A stretch of DNA of 64,000 nt from Candidatus Pacearchaeota archaeon (GTDB taxonomy: Archaea > Nanobdellota > Nanobdellia > Pacearchaeales > GW2011-AR1), in assembly GCA_038874355.1 (NCBI GenBank), contig JAVZCO010000001.1, positions 231,637-295,636 on the forward strand. The letters are read 5' to 3'. Shown here one piece after another: positions 9,791 to 20,250 of this stretch; the first letter of the stretch is position 1, and every line of letters starts with the position of its first letter. The translations under genes and the position numbers were made by a program. The notes beneath the pieces were generated by a model. The model saw only the letters and a program-made list of their open reading frames with translations, did not search any database and was not told the DNA's origin.

Positions 9791-10771
9791 ATGAAAAATT
9801 TAATAGAAAAAATAAAAAATTTTAAATCAAAAAAGATATTAGTAATAGGAGATTTAATTTTAGATGAATATATAGAAGGGTATTCAGAAAGATTATCTCC
9901 AGAAGCACCAGTTCCGGTAATTAATTTTCAAAAACAAGTTTATTGTTTAGGAGGAGCTGGAAATACTTCTTTGAATATAAAAAAATTAAATTCAGAACCA
10001 ATTCTAATCGGGGTGTTGGGAAATGATAAAGAAAGCAAAATTTTTAAGAATTTATTAGAAAATAATGAAATAAAATATAATTATATCCTAACTTCAAAAA
10101 ATAATAGGACTATAAATAAAGAAAGGATTATTTCTAATAATCAACAAATATGTAGAATAGACAAAAATGATAAAATAATTTTGTCAAAAAAAGAAGAAAA
10201 ATATTTGATTAATTCATTTTATGATAATTTAGATTCAGATGTCATTGTTATTTCTGATTATGGAAAAGGAACTGTGACAAAATATTTACTAAAAGTAATA
10301 ATTGAGGAAGGTAATAAAACAAAAAAAACAATAATAATAGATCCTAAACCAAAAAATACTTTATATTATAAAAATGCTTCCTTTATAACTCCAAATTATA
10401 AAGAAGCACAAGAGATGTTGAAATTGAATTTTCAATTTAATTTGCAAAATGCCGAGATATTAGCAGAAAAATTATATAGATTTCTTAATTCTAATGTTTT
10501 ATTAACTCTTTCAGAAAATGGAATTTATTATTATTCTAAAAAATTAAAAAAACATTTTCCTACACACAAAAGAGAAGTTAGAGACGTTTCTGGTGCAGGA
10601 GATGTAGTTGTGGCATCTTTAGCTGTTGGTATTGCAAATAAATTAAAGATAAAAGATTCAATTTTTTTGGCAAATCATGCAGCAGGAGTTAAAGTTCAAA
10701 AATATGGAGTACAACCAGTTTCTTTAGAAGAAGTAATTTATGATATAAAACTTTATAATAATATAAAATAA
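9791..10771 (+). CDS. rfaE1: D-glycero-beta-D-manno-heptose-7-phosphate kinase (HldE/RfaE domain I, PfkB family)
   Basis: GDLILDEY, RLSPEAPVPV, GGAGN, SDYGKG, DPKP, TPN, DVSGAGD. Confidence 0.85.
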   Translation: MKNLIEKIKNFKSKKILVIGDLILDEYIEGYSERLSPEAPVPVINFQKQVYCLGGAGNTSLNIKKLNSEPILIGVLGNDKESKIFKNLLENNEIKYNYILTSKNNRTINKERIISNNQQICRIDKNDKIILSKKEEKYLINSFYDNLDSDVIVISDYGKGTVTKYLLKVIIEEGNKTKKTIIIDPKPKNTLYYKNASFITPNYKEAQEMLKLNFQFNLQNAEILAEKLYRFLNSNVLLTLSENGIYYYSKKLKKHFPTHKREVRDVSGAGDVVVASLAVGIANKLKIKDSIFLANHAAGVKVQKYGVQPVSLEEVIYDIKLYNNIK

Positions 10772-10848
10772 TTTTTCTTTACCCTTAGAAATTTATTTGC
10801 AATTAATAAAATAAAAAAGAATAAAAACTATATTTTCTTTTCTTTTTT

Positions 10849-12399
10849 ATGAAAGAAGAAATTAAAGAAGAAAAAGAAGATAAAGCAGAAAATAAGGAAA
10901 AAAAATTAAAAAAAGAAAAAATAAAGGTTTGGTTAAAAGATCCTTATAACCTTGCATTTTTAATAATTCTTTTATTTGCTTTTTCCTTGCGTTTATATTA
11001 TTTCTTTCTAACAAGAAATCAGCCTTTATGGTGGGATGAGGCAGAATATATGTTAAAAGCTAAAAATATAGCATTTAATACTCCAGATACTGGATGGTGG
11101 TATGGAAGACCTATATTATTTCCATTAATTTCTGCCTTTTTTTTTAAATTAGGATTTAATGAAGTTGGAATTAGATTTTTATTTGTTCTAATATCTACTC
11201 TAAATGTTTTTTTTATTTATACCATAGGAAAAATTTTATTTAATAAAAGAGTAGGTTTAATCTCATCATTATTAATATCTTTTTCTTATATAGACTTATT
11301 TTATACTAACAGATTATTAGTCAATCTTCCAGAAATCTTTTTTTCACTTTTTGTTTACTTTCTATTTTTAGAAACAGAATTTTATAACAAATCTAAAAAA
11401 TTAATATATTTTATATTTCCTTTAATTATTATTGGAACATTAATTAGGTTTACAATTGGTCTTATTGTAATAATCTTATTCTTTTATTTCATATTTACTA
11501 ATCATTTTAAATTTTTTAAAATTCGTGAATGGTATATCTCTATCTTTCTTGGGATTCTTTTATTTTTACCATATGCTATTTATTCTTATATTAAATATAA
11601 TAATCCGTTTTATGTAATAATATCTGTATTAATTGGTAGTACTAAAGATAGAGCAATAGGAGATACTCCAATAAAGGTATTTATAGATTATATAAAATAT
11701 CTACCTAATTATACTAACATTTTATTATTCATTTTTTTCTTAATAGGATTTTTTCTTTTGTTATTGGAGATTATTTTAGGATTTGATAAAATAAAAGAAA
11801 GTAAAAAACTTAAAAAATATCTTTGGCTTTTTTTAGCCTTTATTATTCCATTAATTTATTTTGGTTTTTTTGTTAATCATTTTGAAGATAGATATTTAGC
11901 TATTGCTTTACCTTGTATTTTTATCTTAACTTCAAAAGGAATAGAAAATACATATTCTTTTATAAAAAAATATCTAGGAAAATTTTTTTCTATATTAATT
12001 ATTTTAGCAATTTTATTATTTGGAATATACCAAATGTATAATCATTCAAATGAGATAATAAGAATAAAATTAAATTCATATCAAGACTTAAAATTTGCTG
12101 GTTTGTGGATAAAAGAAAACTCCAATCCTGATGATATTATAATTTCTACAGCTATTCCTCAAATAACTTATTATAGTGAAAGAGCAACTTATAACTTTCC
12201 AGAAAATGAAAGCAAATTTTTATCATTTCTAGAAGAGAAAAAACCAAAGTATATGATTTTATCAATTTGGGAAAAATCCCCTCCTTGGGCTTATGTTTGG
12301 CCAGAAAATAATTCTGATAAAGTTAGGATAATACAAGTTTATTTTTTAGATAAAGAAAAAAAACAAGTTTCAACTATAATTTATGAAATTATTTACTAA
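10849..12399 (+). CDS. GT-C membrane glycosyltransferase (ArnT/PMT-like, GT39/83)
   Basis: WWDEAEY after TM1, RP.LFP, EDRYL, multi-TM with C-terminal extracellular domain. Confidence 0.8.
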   Translation: MKEEIKEEKEDKAENKEKKLKKEKIKVWLKDPYNLAFLIILLFAFSLRLYYFFLTRNQPLWWDEAEYMLKAKNIAFNTPDTGWWYGRPILFPLISAFFFKLGFNEVGIRFLFVLISTLNVFFIYTIGKILFNKRVGLISSLLISFSYIDLFYTNRLLVNLPEIFFSLFVYFLFLETEFYNKSKKLIYFIFPLIIIGTLIRFTIGLIVIILFFYFIFTNHFKFFKIREWYISIFLGILLFLPYAIYSYIKYNNPFYVIISVLIGSTKDRAIGDTPIKVFIDYIKYLPNYTNILLFIFFLIGFFLLLLEIILGFDKIKESKKLKKYLWLFLAFIIPLIYFGFFVNHFEDRYLAIALPCIFILTSKGIENTYSFIKKYLGKFFSILIILAILLFGIYQMYNHSNEIIRIKLNSYQDLKFAGLWIKENSNPDDIIISTAIPQITYYSERATYNFPENESKFLSFLEEKKPKYMILSIWEKSPPWAYVWPENNSDKVRIIQVYFLDKEKKQVSTIIYEIIY

Positions 12400-13085
12400 A
12401 ATTTTTGGTATGCTTGATAAATTTCAGTAAATGCATTTTCATTAAAAGTAGGTATCTTAAAAATAAATCTTCTTTTAAAAATTTTAATAAATAAGCCATT
12501 GATAGAGAAAGGATCTAAACCACCTTTCAAAATAAGTTTTATATCTTTAATATTATTTTTTGTTTTTTGAAATAATTTATTGTGAGTATAATTTTCTTCA
12601 TAACCATGTTTCCAATTCTTCCCATGAAAAAATCTAAATAATTGCCATAAACTGTATCTGCCGGGTACAAAATTTAATATTATTCCATCTTTTTTAGTTA
12701 CCCTAATCATTTCTTTTATTATTCCTTCTGGTTTATGAAAATGTTCTAATAATCCTGCTGAAAAAACAATATCAAAACTTTCATTTTTAAAAGGTAAGTT
12801 AAATGCATTACCAACAAAAGAATTTTTTAAATCCTTTTTAATTTTATTAATCACAACTTTACTTTTATCTAAACAATATACATCAAATTTTTCTTTTAAT
12901 AAAAGTCTACTATTTGAAGCAAATCCGCATCCCACTTCCAAAATTTTTATTCTTCTTTTATTTTTTTTATTAATTAAATTAATTAACTTCATTAAAACTT
13001 TATGTCTTTCTTCTATTAACCAATTCTCTGCTTCAGAAGGTTTTTCGTATTCTTTCCAAAATTTATTCCATGTTTGTTTCTTCAT
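12396..13085 (-). CDS. Class I SAM-dependent methyltransferase
   Basis: ILEVGCG, LPFKNESFD, GLLEHF, EMIRV. Confidence 0.9.
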   Translation of the reverse strand: MKKQTWNKFWKEYEKPSEAENWLIEERHKVLMKLINLINKKNKRRIKILEVGCGFASNSRLLLKEKFDVYCLDKSKVVINKIKKDLKNSFVGNAFNLPFKNESFDIVFSAGLLEHFHKPEGIIKEMIRVTKKDGIILNFVPGRYSLWQLFRFFHGKNWKHGYEENYTHNKLFQKTKNNIKDIKLILKGGLDPFSINGLFIKIFKRRFIFKIPTFNENAFTEIYQAYQKF

Positions 13086-13086
13086 T

Positions 13087-14160
13087 TTATATTTTTTTCA
13101 TTATTTCTAAAAATTTATTTGCAGATTTTTTCCAAGAAAAATTTTTTGCCCATTTTATTGCATTTTTTTCTAATTTTTTTCTTAATTTTTTATTTTCTAT
13201 TAATAGTTTAATTTTTCCTGCAAGTTCTTTATAATTTCCATATTCAAATAATAAGCCTGTTTTATTATTTATTATGGAATCTTTAATTCCATTAACATTA
13301 CTTCCTATTACTACTGTTCCACAAGCATTTGCTTCTATATTAGTTATACTCCATCCTTCAATCATACTTGGATTTATAACAATCCATGCTTTTTGTAATC
13401 TTTTTATTTTTTCTTCTTCATCTATAAATCCTTTAAAAATAACATTTTTTAATTTTAATTCTCTTGTTATTTTTTTTAATCTTTTTTCATCATCTCCACT
13501 TCCTAATATATATGTAGTTAAATTTTCTTTTTTTAATAAACTTAAAGCTTTTAATAAAATATCAACACTTTTATATTTTTTTAGTCTACCTATAAAAACT
13601 ATTTCGGGATTTTTTGCTTTTTTCCCAGGAATATACTTATTTAGGTTTACCCCGTTGTATATAATTTCAGCTTCTTTTTTGAATAATTTTTTTATTTCTT
13701 CATTGCTACTATAAGATACAGTAATTATTCTTACATTTTTATATACTAATGGCATCAATTTCATTTCTAAAAAATATCCTATTAAAGATAAAGGAAATTT
13801 TTTTTCTTTTTTCCAAACATCTTTATGTATATGGTGAATAATTAATATTTTCTTTTTTTTAGCAAAAAGAGGAGTAAAAAAAGGAATTCCATTTTCAGCA
13901 TCTATTATAATATCAAAATTTTTTCTTATTTTTAAATACATTAATGGTGCAAGAAAATATAAACTAAAAGAATTTCCAATTCTTATAAATTCAATTCCAT
14001 CAATAATTTCTCTTTTTTTACAATTTTTAAAACCTCCACAAATCCAACTAACTTTATGTCCTTTTTTTGTCCATATTTTTGCTTGCTCATTTAAATAAAG
14101 TTCTGCTCCCCCAGCTTGTGGGTTTTTTAAATCCCTCCAATTAAAAATTAAAATTCTCAT
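13087..14160 (-). CDS. Glycosyltransferase family 4
   Basis: NWRD..NP.AGGAE, GRLKKYK, PSMIEGWSITNIEANACG. Confidence 0.9.
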   Translation of the reverse strand: MRILIFNWRDLKNPQAGGAELYLNEQAKIWTKKGHKVSWICGGFKNCKKREIIDGIEFIRIGNSFSLYFLAPLMYLKIRKNFDIIIDAENGIPFFTPLFAKKKKILIIHHIHKDVWKKEKKFPLSLIGYFLEMKLMPLVYKNVRIITVSYSSNEEIKKLFKKEAEIIYNGVNLNKYIPGKKAKNPEIVFIGRLKKYKSVDILLKALSLLKKENLTTYILGSGDDEKRLKKITRELKLKNVIFKGFIDEEEKIKRLQKAWIVINPSMIEGWSITNIEANACGTVVIGSNVNGIKDSIINNKTGLLFEYGNYKELAGKIKLLIENKKLRKKLEKNAIKWAKNFSWKKSANKFLEIMKKI

Positions 14161-14945
14161 TTTAATTTTCTATATATAAATCCTCCAATAGGTTTTAATA
14201 TTTTATAAAATATTTTTGCTTTTGAATTTAAAATTCTTAATTGAATAATTGCAAAAAACATTTGTAAGCTAGCTTTTTTTAAATTTATCTTGCTATATTT
14301 TTTATCTGCCCAAATTGTAAAATGCTCTTTAATTTTAAATCCTGATTTTTGTATTTTATACAACAAGTCAACGTCAAAAGCCCATTCGGTTATTCCAATT
14401 TGTGGTAAAATTTTTTCTATAACTTTTCTTTTAAATATTTTTGCTCCACACTGAGTATCTTTATAAGGCAATAAAAACAAAAATCTTACTAAAAAATTAA
14501 AAATTCTTGAAACGATTATTCTTTGTATAGATTGTTTTGGTTTAACAATCGATCCTTTAACATATCTACTAGCAATAATTCCATCATAATCGTTGATATT
14601 TTTTAATAACTTATAATATTCTTCTGCAGATGTTGAAGCATCCGCATCCACAAAACCTATAAAAAAATTTTTTTTATCTTTCAAAGCTTCTTTAAATCCT
14701 TCAATAATCGCAAAACCTTTACCGCCTTGTTTAAAATTTAAGTATTTTAATTCTTTATATTGTTTTTGATAATTTTTAACTATATCTTCTGTTCTGTCAG
14801 TTGTGTTATTTATTACAACAATAATTTCAAAATCAATTTCTTTATTTTTTTTCTTTTCCTGAAAAAAAGAACAATATTCTTTTAATGTTTTACTTATTCT
14901 TTTTTCTTCATTATATGCAGGAATTATTATACTCAACTTTTTCAT
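14157..14945 (-). CDS. Dolichyl/polyprenyl-phosphate glycosyltransferase (GT2)
   Basis: IIPAYNEEKRI, GKG, DAD, ASR, DTQCGAK, WAFDVDLL. Confidence 0.85.
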   Translation of the reverse strand: MKKLSIIIPAYNEEKRISKTLKEYCSFFQEKKKNKEIDFEIIVVINNTTDRTEDIVKNYQKQYKELKYLNFKQGGKGFAIIEGFKEALKDKKNFFIGFVDADASTSAEEYYKLLKNINDYDGIIASRYVKGSIVKPKQSIQRIIVSRIFNFLVRFLFLLPYKDTQCGAKIFKRKVIEKILPQIGITEWAFDVDLLYKIQKSGFKIKEHFTIWADKKYSKINLKKASLQMFFAIIQLRILNSKAKIFYKILKPIGGFIYRKLK

Positions 14946-15010
14946 TTTTTTACTACTATTATTCTTTATTATCTAATTTAAATATATTACTAAAATATCA
15001 AAAAATAAAA

Positions 15011-16252
15011 CTATTTTCTTATTAAATAAATTAAACTATAAACAAAAATTAAAAAACAACAAAATAGAATTATTAATGAAAATTGGAAAATATTATAGTG
15101 AAATAAATTTAATAATAAGATAAATAAAAATAATATAAAAATAGTGAAAAAAGGAAATCTTTTTATTTTATTTATAGAAAAAAGATATAAAAAAATTATA
15201 TAAGAGAAAGATAAAAAAACAAAAGAAATTCCTAAAATAAATAAAATATTTGATGCTTCTAAATACTTATTAGAACCTAAAGATAATATTTTAATAATTT
15301 GTTTAGGAACAAAAAAATAAAGAGAAAGAATAACAAAAGAGATTAATAAATTTAATAAAATTGCCTTCTTAAATAAGTTTTTAGTTTGTTTTTTTCCATT
15401 AAATTTTTCTAAACTTAAAGGAAACATTACTTTTCCTATTGAAAAGCCTATAAAAAGATTAATTTTTCCTACTAAAGAAACAAAAGAATATTGACCAGAT
15501 AAAGTCGGATCAAAAAATTTTCTAGCAAATAAAACATCCAAGCTGTAAAAAATAGTAATTATCATTGTAATTAAAAGAATTATACAATTATCAAAGTTAT
15601 TATTCCTTATTTCTGCTTTATCTTCTTTTTTTAATAAAATATCTTTAATGAATAAAAAACCTAAAAGAAAAGAAAGGAAAGAAGATAAAATTACAGCAGT
15701 TATTGCTCCATAAACTTTTAATCCAAAATACAAAAAAATAGAAGTTAATATTATTTTTATTAATCCTTCGCTGATAATATTAAATCCTAATAGGTCAAAT
15801 TTCTTCTTTCCTTGTAAAATACCTCTAATTACAGGAGTAATAAAGCTAATAAAAATAAAAATACCAGTTAAAAAAAGCAATAAAAAATTTATCTTTAAGT
15901 TATAAGATAAAAATAAAGAAATAAATAAAAAACAAATAAAAAAGACAAAGGCAAAAAAAAGACATTTTTTTAAAATCTTTTTTAATAAATTTTTTATTTT
16001 TCCATCATTCTTTTTATTGAAAAAACTAACATTTTTAGTTATTATTGTTTGTATAGATTCTGAAGGTATACTAAAAATATAAATCAAAGCCATTAAAGAA
16101 GCCAAAATACCATAATCAGCAGCATCTAACATTCTCGCACTTAACATATGAAAAAAATAATTAAACAGATTAAAAATAAAAATTGAAAAAATTAATAAAA
16201 AACTTCCTTTTAATAATTCATCTTTCTTTAAATTTTTTATCTTATTAAACAT
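15011..16252 (-). CDS. Oligosaccharide flippase family protein
   Basis: ~12 TM, ARML...YG, RGILQG, second-half D..FAR..SG.Y. Confidence 0.8.
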   Translation of the reverse strand: MFNKIKNLKKDELLKGSFLLIFSIFIFNLFNYFFHMLSARMLDAADYGILASLMALIYIFSIPSESIQTIITKNVSFFNKKNDGKIKNLLKKILKKCLFFAFVFFICFLFISLFLSYNLKINFLLLFLTGIFIFISFITPVIRGILQGKKKFDLLGFNIISEGLIKIILTSIFLYFGLKVYGAITAVILSSFLSFLLGFLFIKDILLKKEDKAEIRNNNFDNCIILLITMIITIFYSLDVLFARKFFDPTLSGQYSFVSLVGKINLFIGFSIGKVMFPLSLEKFNGKKQTKNLFKKAILLNLLISFVILSLYFFVPKQIIKILSLGSNKYLEASNILFILGISFVFLSFSYIIFLYLFSINKIKRFPFFTIFILFLFILLLNLFHYNIFQFSLIILFCCFLIFVYSLIYLIRK

Positions 16253-16264
16253 TTTAAAAAATCT

Positions 16265-17248
16265 TTAACCAAAAATGTGATTCCTAAAAATTATAAAAGC
16301 AATAATTATAATTATTATTTGAAATATATTTATAGCTAAAACAACATCTCTTTCATAAACTTTTTTACTTGGTTTTATTTTTTTCAATAAAATTATAGCT
16401 AAATGATTTAAACTATAAATTTTATCATATAATAAATCTAGACTATTATCTTTTTTTGGCTTACCAAAAGATTGTTTTTCTAAATTTCCTCTTAATTTTA
16501 AAAATACTTCTATAAAATAAGGAATAAAAATAAATAAAGCAAATTTTTCTAATCTGCTTAAAATAGCGATTATTGCTATTAATCCGCCAACCGAATAAGT
16601 TAAAATATCTCCTGGAAAAATTTTTGCAGGGTATTTATTATAGAATAAAAATGCAATAAGAGAAGATATCATTGTTAATGCTATTAACGAAACCCATCTT
16701 ACATTAGTAAAATAAGAAGCAATAGCTAAAGCTCCTAGAAGAAGTATTCCTTGTCTTGCTTCTAGTCCATTCATTCCAGCTAAAAAATTAAAAGTTGTAG
16801 CACATCCAGTTATACCTATCGGAACAATAAATAATAAATAAAAAAAACCATATCCATTTTTTATATTAATAACCATTAGAGGTATTGCAGAAATAATACA
16901 TAAAAAAATCCTTATTCTTTTACTTAATCCTTTCCTATGCCAACCCAATAAATCATCTATTAAACCAGTCATTCCCAATAATAAAATAGATGTTAATAGT
17001 GCTAATATTTCTATAACATTTTCTGTAGTTTTAAAATAAAAAGTTTTTATTGCTACATATAATAAAGTGGAAATAACAAAAACAAATAGAACTATAATAC
17101 CACCAGAACCAGCAACATATACTTCTTTATTTTTATTACAATCTTTCCATTTTAAACCTATTTCATGAGCTTTTTTTATCCATTTTGGAAGAATAATTAA
17201 AGTTAAAAAAAAACTTAACATAACAGGAAATAAAATTAGATATTCCAT
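16265..17248 (-). CDS. UDP-GlcNAc:polyprenyl-phosphate GlcNAc-1-P transferase (AglH/GPT, MraY-like)
   Basis: GLIDD, FNFLAGMNGLE, YNKYPAKIFPGD; adjacent to aglB. Confidence 0.85.
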   Translation of the reverse strand: MEYLILFPVMLSFFLTLIILPKWIKKAHEIGLKWKDCNKNKEVYVAGSGGIIVLFVFVISTLLYVAIKTFYFKTTENVIEILALLTSILLLGMTGLIDDLLGWHRKGLSKRIRIFLCIISAIPLMVINIKNGYGFFYLLFIVPIGITGCATTFNFLAGMNGLEARQGILLLGALAIASYFTNVRWVSLIALTMISSLIAFLFYNKYPAKIFPGDILTYSVGGLIAIIAILSRLEKFALFIFIPYFIEVFLKLRGNLEKQSFGKPKKDNSLDLLYDKIYSLNHLAIILLKKIKPSKKVYERDVVLAINIFQIIIIIIAFIIFRNHIFG

Positions 17249-17249
17249 T

Positions 17250-20012
17250 TTAAAAATTCCAGGTTATTTCAGGTGGTTGAGAAGTTCTTAAATAAGTTTC
17301 ATTTATCTTTTCATCTCCGTTATAATTTATTTTCCATATCTTTATTGGCCCTCTTATTCCATAATAATAAATAAAATCTCCAACATAAATATCAGAATTT
17401 TGTCTTAAATAACTAACTAAAAGATCATCTTCTTTATGTACTAATTCAAAATTATCAAATCTATTAAAAGGATCATTCAAAATATATTTTTGAGCAAAAA
17501 AAGTCCTCATAACTCTAGGAGACAAATATATTCCAGCTCCAATTTCTTCCATTTTAATATTACCTGTTTCAGTTTGATAAAATTCTTGTATTAACACAAA
17601 ACCTCCTTCTAATCCAGATTTAAAATCTAATATTTCATCTTTATAAAATATATACCTTAAAGGAATTTTATACTGTTTTCCTTGGTAATAATAAATTACT
17701 ATCGGTTGTTTAAATGATATTATGGTATTATTACTTTTAATACTTTCTAATATTATACCTATAATATAGGCATTAAATTTTATATTATCTTTAGAATCAG
17801 AATAAACACCAGGAATAAAAATTTTATTATTATTCTCTTGGTAATTAATGTCGTCTTCTACTATACCATTTAAGTAATAATAAATAATTGTTCCATTTTT
17901 CGTTTCTTGTATGTTCTTTTTATCTGCTAAAGCAATTAAGGGCCCATAAGAGAATCTATCATAATTTTTATCACTACCAATTTTTGAAAAAGCCCCATAT
18001 TTTCCAATATCAGTAGAATCTATAAGAAGATAAGTTGCATTGTGGTTGTATAAAAATTCTAACGCTTCTTTTTCATTGTTTCCTGTTAAAACATATCTTC
18101 CTGTTAAATAATTCCACCAAACTATAGCATTACCCCCATCAGTTACAGTAGCTCGATTTCCCATTGACTGCGTCCAATATCCATAATCCCACCAATGAGC
18201 AAAAACAGCATTTTCCGATGTATTTTCTCTTACCCATTTCATTGCAAGTTGCCATTGATATCTATAAGAATCTGGAACATAATTATATGCCTGTTTTTTA
18301 CTTTCTTTTAAAAAACTAATAAAAGCAAAAAAGCTTAAATAAAAAATTAAAATAAATAACAACATATAAAGTATTTTAGAATCTTTTTTTGAATTTAAAA
18401 CTTTATCAAATGTCTCTGTTATTAAATAAGCAACAAAAATAACAGCGACGGGAGCTAATGTCATAATTAATCTTACTGCACTTCTTGCCGTAAATAAACA
18501 TAAAATAAAAAAAGAAAACAAAAATATATAATTAAATTTTATTTTTTCAAATGCATTATTTTTTTCTTTATAATACTTTGTATAATAATATAGTAAAAAA
18601 CTTATTAATAATAAAGAAGAAGAATAATAAAATAATTTACTTATAAAATTAGTTCCATTAAAAATACTATCTTCAGAATAGCGAGAAAATATTAATCCAA
18701 TTAAAAAGAAAATATAGAATAAAGTTAAAATATTTCTATCTCTTTTCTTTAGATTCCCTATTACATTATAAAATAATAATATAGATCCTATAAAAAATAA
18801 CCAAAATATTATAGGAAATTTTCCTATGATAGGACCAAATTCATTAGCCCATTCATTAAAATAAGGCTGTCTATTTTCTGCAACTGTTGTAGACCATCTC
18901 CCTGTTATAGGATTAAATAATATATGATTTAAAGCATCTATTTTTTCAATAATAAAAGAAAATCCGAAAAAAATAATGATAATAATTAAAATTAAAATAA
19001 AAGAGATTATTAAAGAAAATAAATTTTTAGGTATTTTTATTTCTCTTATTTTTTTTTCTAAAGGGGTTTTCCATAAAATAAAATGAATACAAAGGATAAA
19101 AAAAATAATAAAAGATAATCCACTATCCAGAGAAGTCAATAATCCTTTCAAAGAATATTTTTTTGAAAAAATTAAAAGAAACATATAAGAAAAGATAATC
19201 CAAAGACTATAAACAATAAATTCTTTTTTTTCAATTTTGTTTAATATAAAGGAAATAAAAATAAATATAGAAATAGTAGTAAAAATATATATTACTCCTC
19301 CCCAAATCAATCCCATTATAGAAGTAGATATTCCAGATAATATACCAAATATTATGTAACTATATCCCTTATTAGATCTTAATGCTCTTAGAAAGAGGAA
19401 AAAACTAAGAAACATAAATAAAAATCCAGCAGATTCTTTTTCTGGAATTCCAGCTATGGTTCTTGGTAAAAGAACAGGAATTACAATCATAAAAAATGTA
19501 GAGATTAATGCAATAATATCAGCTTTTTTATCTTTTTTATTAATTAAAAAAATCTCTCTCACAAAAAAGAAAAAGACAATAATTGTAAAAAAAAACATAA
19601 TAACAGGAAATACAACAGCAGCATATTCTACATTTATATCTTTAAATTTGCTTATAAAAAAATAGGTCCAACTTATCATGTAAGGAAGTAATCTCGTTTC
19701 TTCTCTAGTATCAAATCCTAAAGGAACATATCTCATTTCATCATGAATTGGTAAATATCCGTTATTATTAACTATAGTTTTAGCATATCTTAAAAAAAGA
19801 AAAGGATCTAAATCAGGTCCTAATGTCCAAGTATTTGTTGTTATATCCCACAAACCAGGTTTTCCATTATGATCTTTCATAGGTAAACTTCTAATATAAA
19901 TTCCTAAAATTATAGCAATTAATAAGAAAAAAATAATTAGAAACTTACCATTCTTTAAAAAATTAATTAACCTCTTTTTTCTTTCTTCAATAATTTTTTC
20001 TTCTTCATTCAT
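17250..20012 (-). CDS. aglB: Oligosaccharyltransferase AglB (STT3)
   Basis: DLDP, TVAE, WWDYG, DGGN and DxxK (DIGK) motifs; multi-TM N-terminal half. Confidence 0.95.
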   Translation of the reverse strand: MNEEEKIIEERKKRLINFLKNGKFLIIFFLLIAIILGIYIRSLPMKDHNGKPGLWDITTNTWTLGPDLDPFLFLRYAKTIVNNNGYLPIHDEMRYVPLGFDTREETRLLPYMISWTYFFISKFKDINVEYAAVVFPVIMFFFTIIVFFFFVREIFLINKKDKKADIIALISTFFMIVIPVLLPRTIAGIPEKESAGFLFMFLSFFLFLRALRSNKGYSYIIFGILSGISTSIMGLIWGGVIYIFTTISIFIFISFILNKIEKKEFIVYSLWIIFSYMFLLIFSKKYSLKGLLTSLDSGLSFIIFFILCIHFILWKTPLEKKIREIKIPKNLFSLIISFILILIIIIIFFGFSFIIEKIDALNHILFNPITGRWSTTVAENRQPYFNEWANEFGPIIGKFPIIFWLFFIGSILLFYNVIGNLKKRDRNILTLFYIFFLIGLIFSRYSEDSIFNGTNFISKLFYYSSSLLLISFLLYYYTKYYKEKNNAFEKIKFNYIFLFSFFILCLFTARSAVRLIMTLAPVAVIFVAYLITETFDKVLNSKKDSKILYMLLFILIFYLSFFAFISFLKESKKQAYNYVPDSYRYQWQLAMKWVRENTSENAVFAHWWDYGYWTQSMGNRATVTDGGNAIVWWNYLTGRYVLTGNNEKEALEFLYNHNATYLLIDSTDIGKYGAFSKIGSDKNYDRFSYGPLIALADKKNIQETKNGTIIYYYLNGIVEDDINYQENNNKIFIPGVYSDSKDNIKFNAYIIGIILESIKSNNTIISFKQPIVIYYYQGKQYKIPLRYIFYKDEILDFKSGLEGGFVLIQEFYQTETGNIKMEEIGAGIYLSPRVMRTFFAQKYILNDPFNRFDNFELVHKEDDLLVSYLRQNSDIYVGDFIYYYGIRGPIKIWKINYNGDEKINETYLRTSQPPEITWNF

Positions 20013-20063
20013 TTTTATATTCCTATTTAAGATATCTTTTATTTATTTCAATTAATTTTTATT

Positions 20064-20201
20064 TTACTCTTCCAATCCTTCTAATAATTCTTCTGCTGTT
20101 TCTTCTTCTTTAATAGAAGATTCACCACAATAAGGGCATTTTAAAGGTTTTTTTTCTCTTTCAAATCTGTAGTTACAGGATTTGCATACAAATCTTCCCA
20201 T
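20064..20201 (-). CDS. Small zinc-ribbon protein (45 aa)
   Basis: Manually translated: MGRFVCKSCNYRFEREKKPLKCPYCGESSIKEEETAEELLEGLEE* (CxxC...CPxCG); below ORF-track cutoff. Confidence 0.75.
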   Translation of the reverse strand: MGRFVCKSCNYRFEREKKPLKCPYCGESSIKEEETAEELLEGLEE

Positions 20202-20250
20202 TCTTATCAAAAATTTTTTTAATATTTAAATTTAATTATTAATCAATTTG

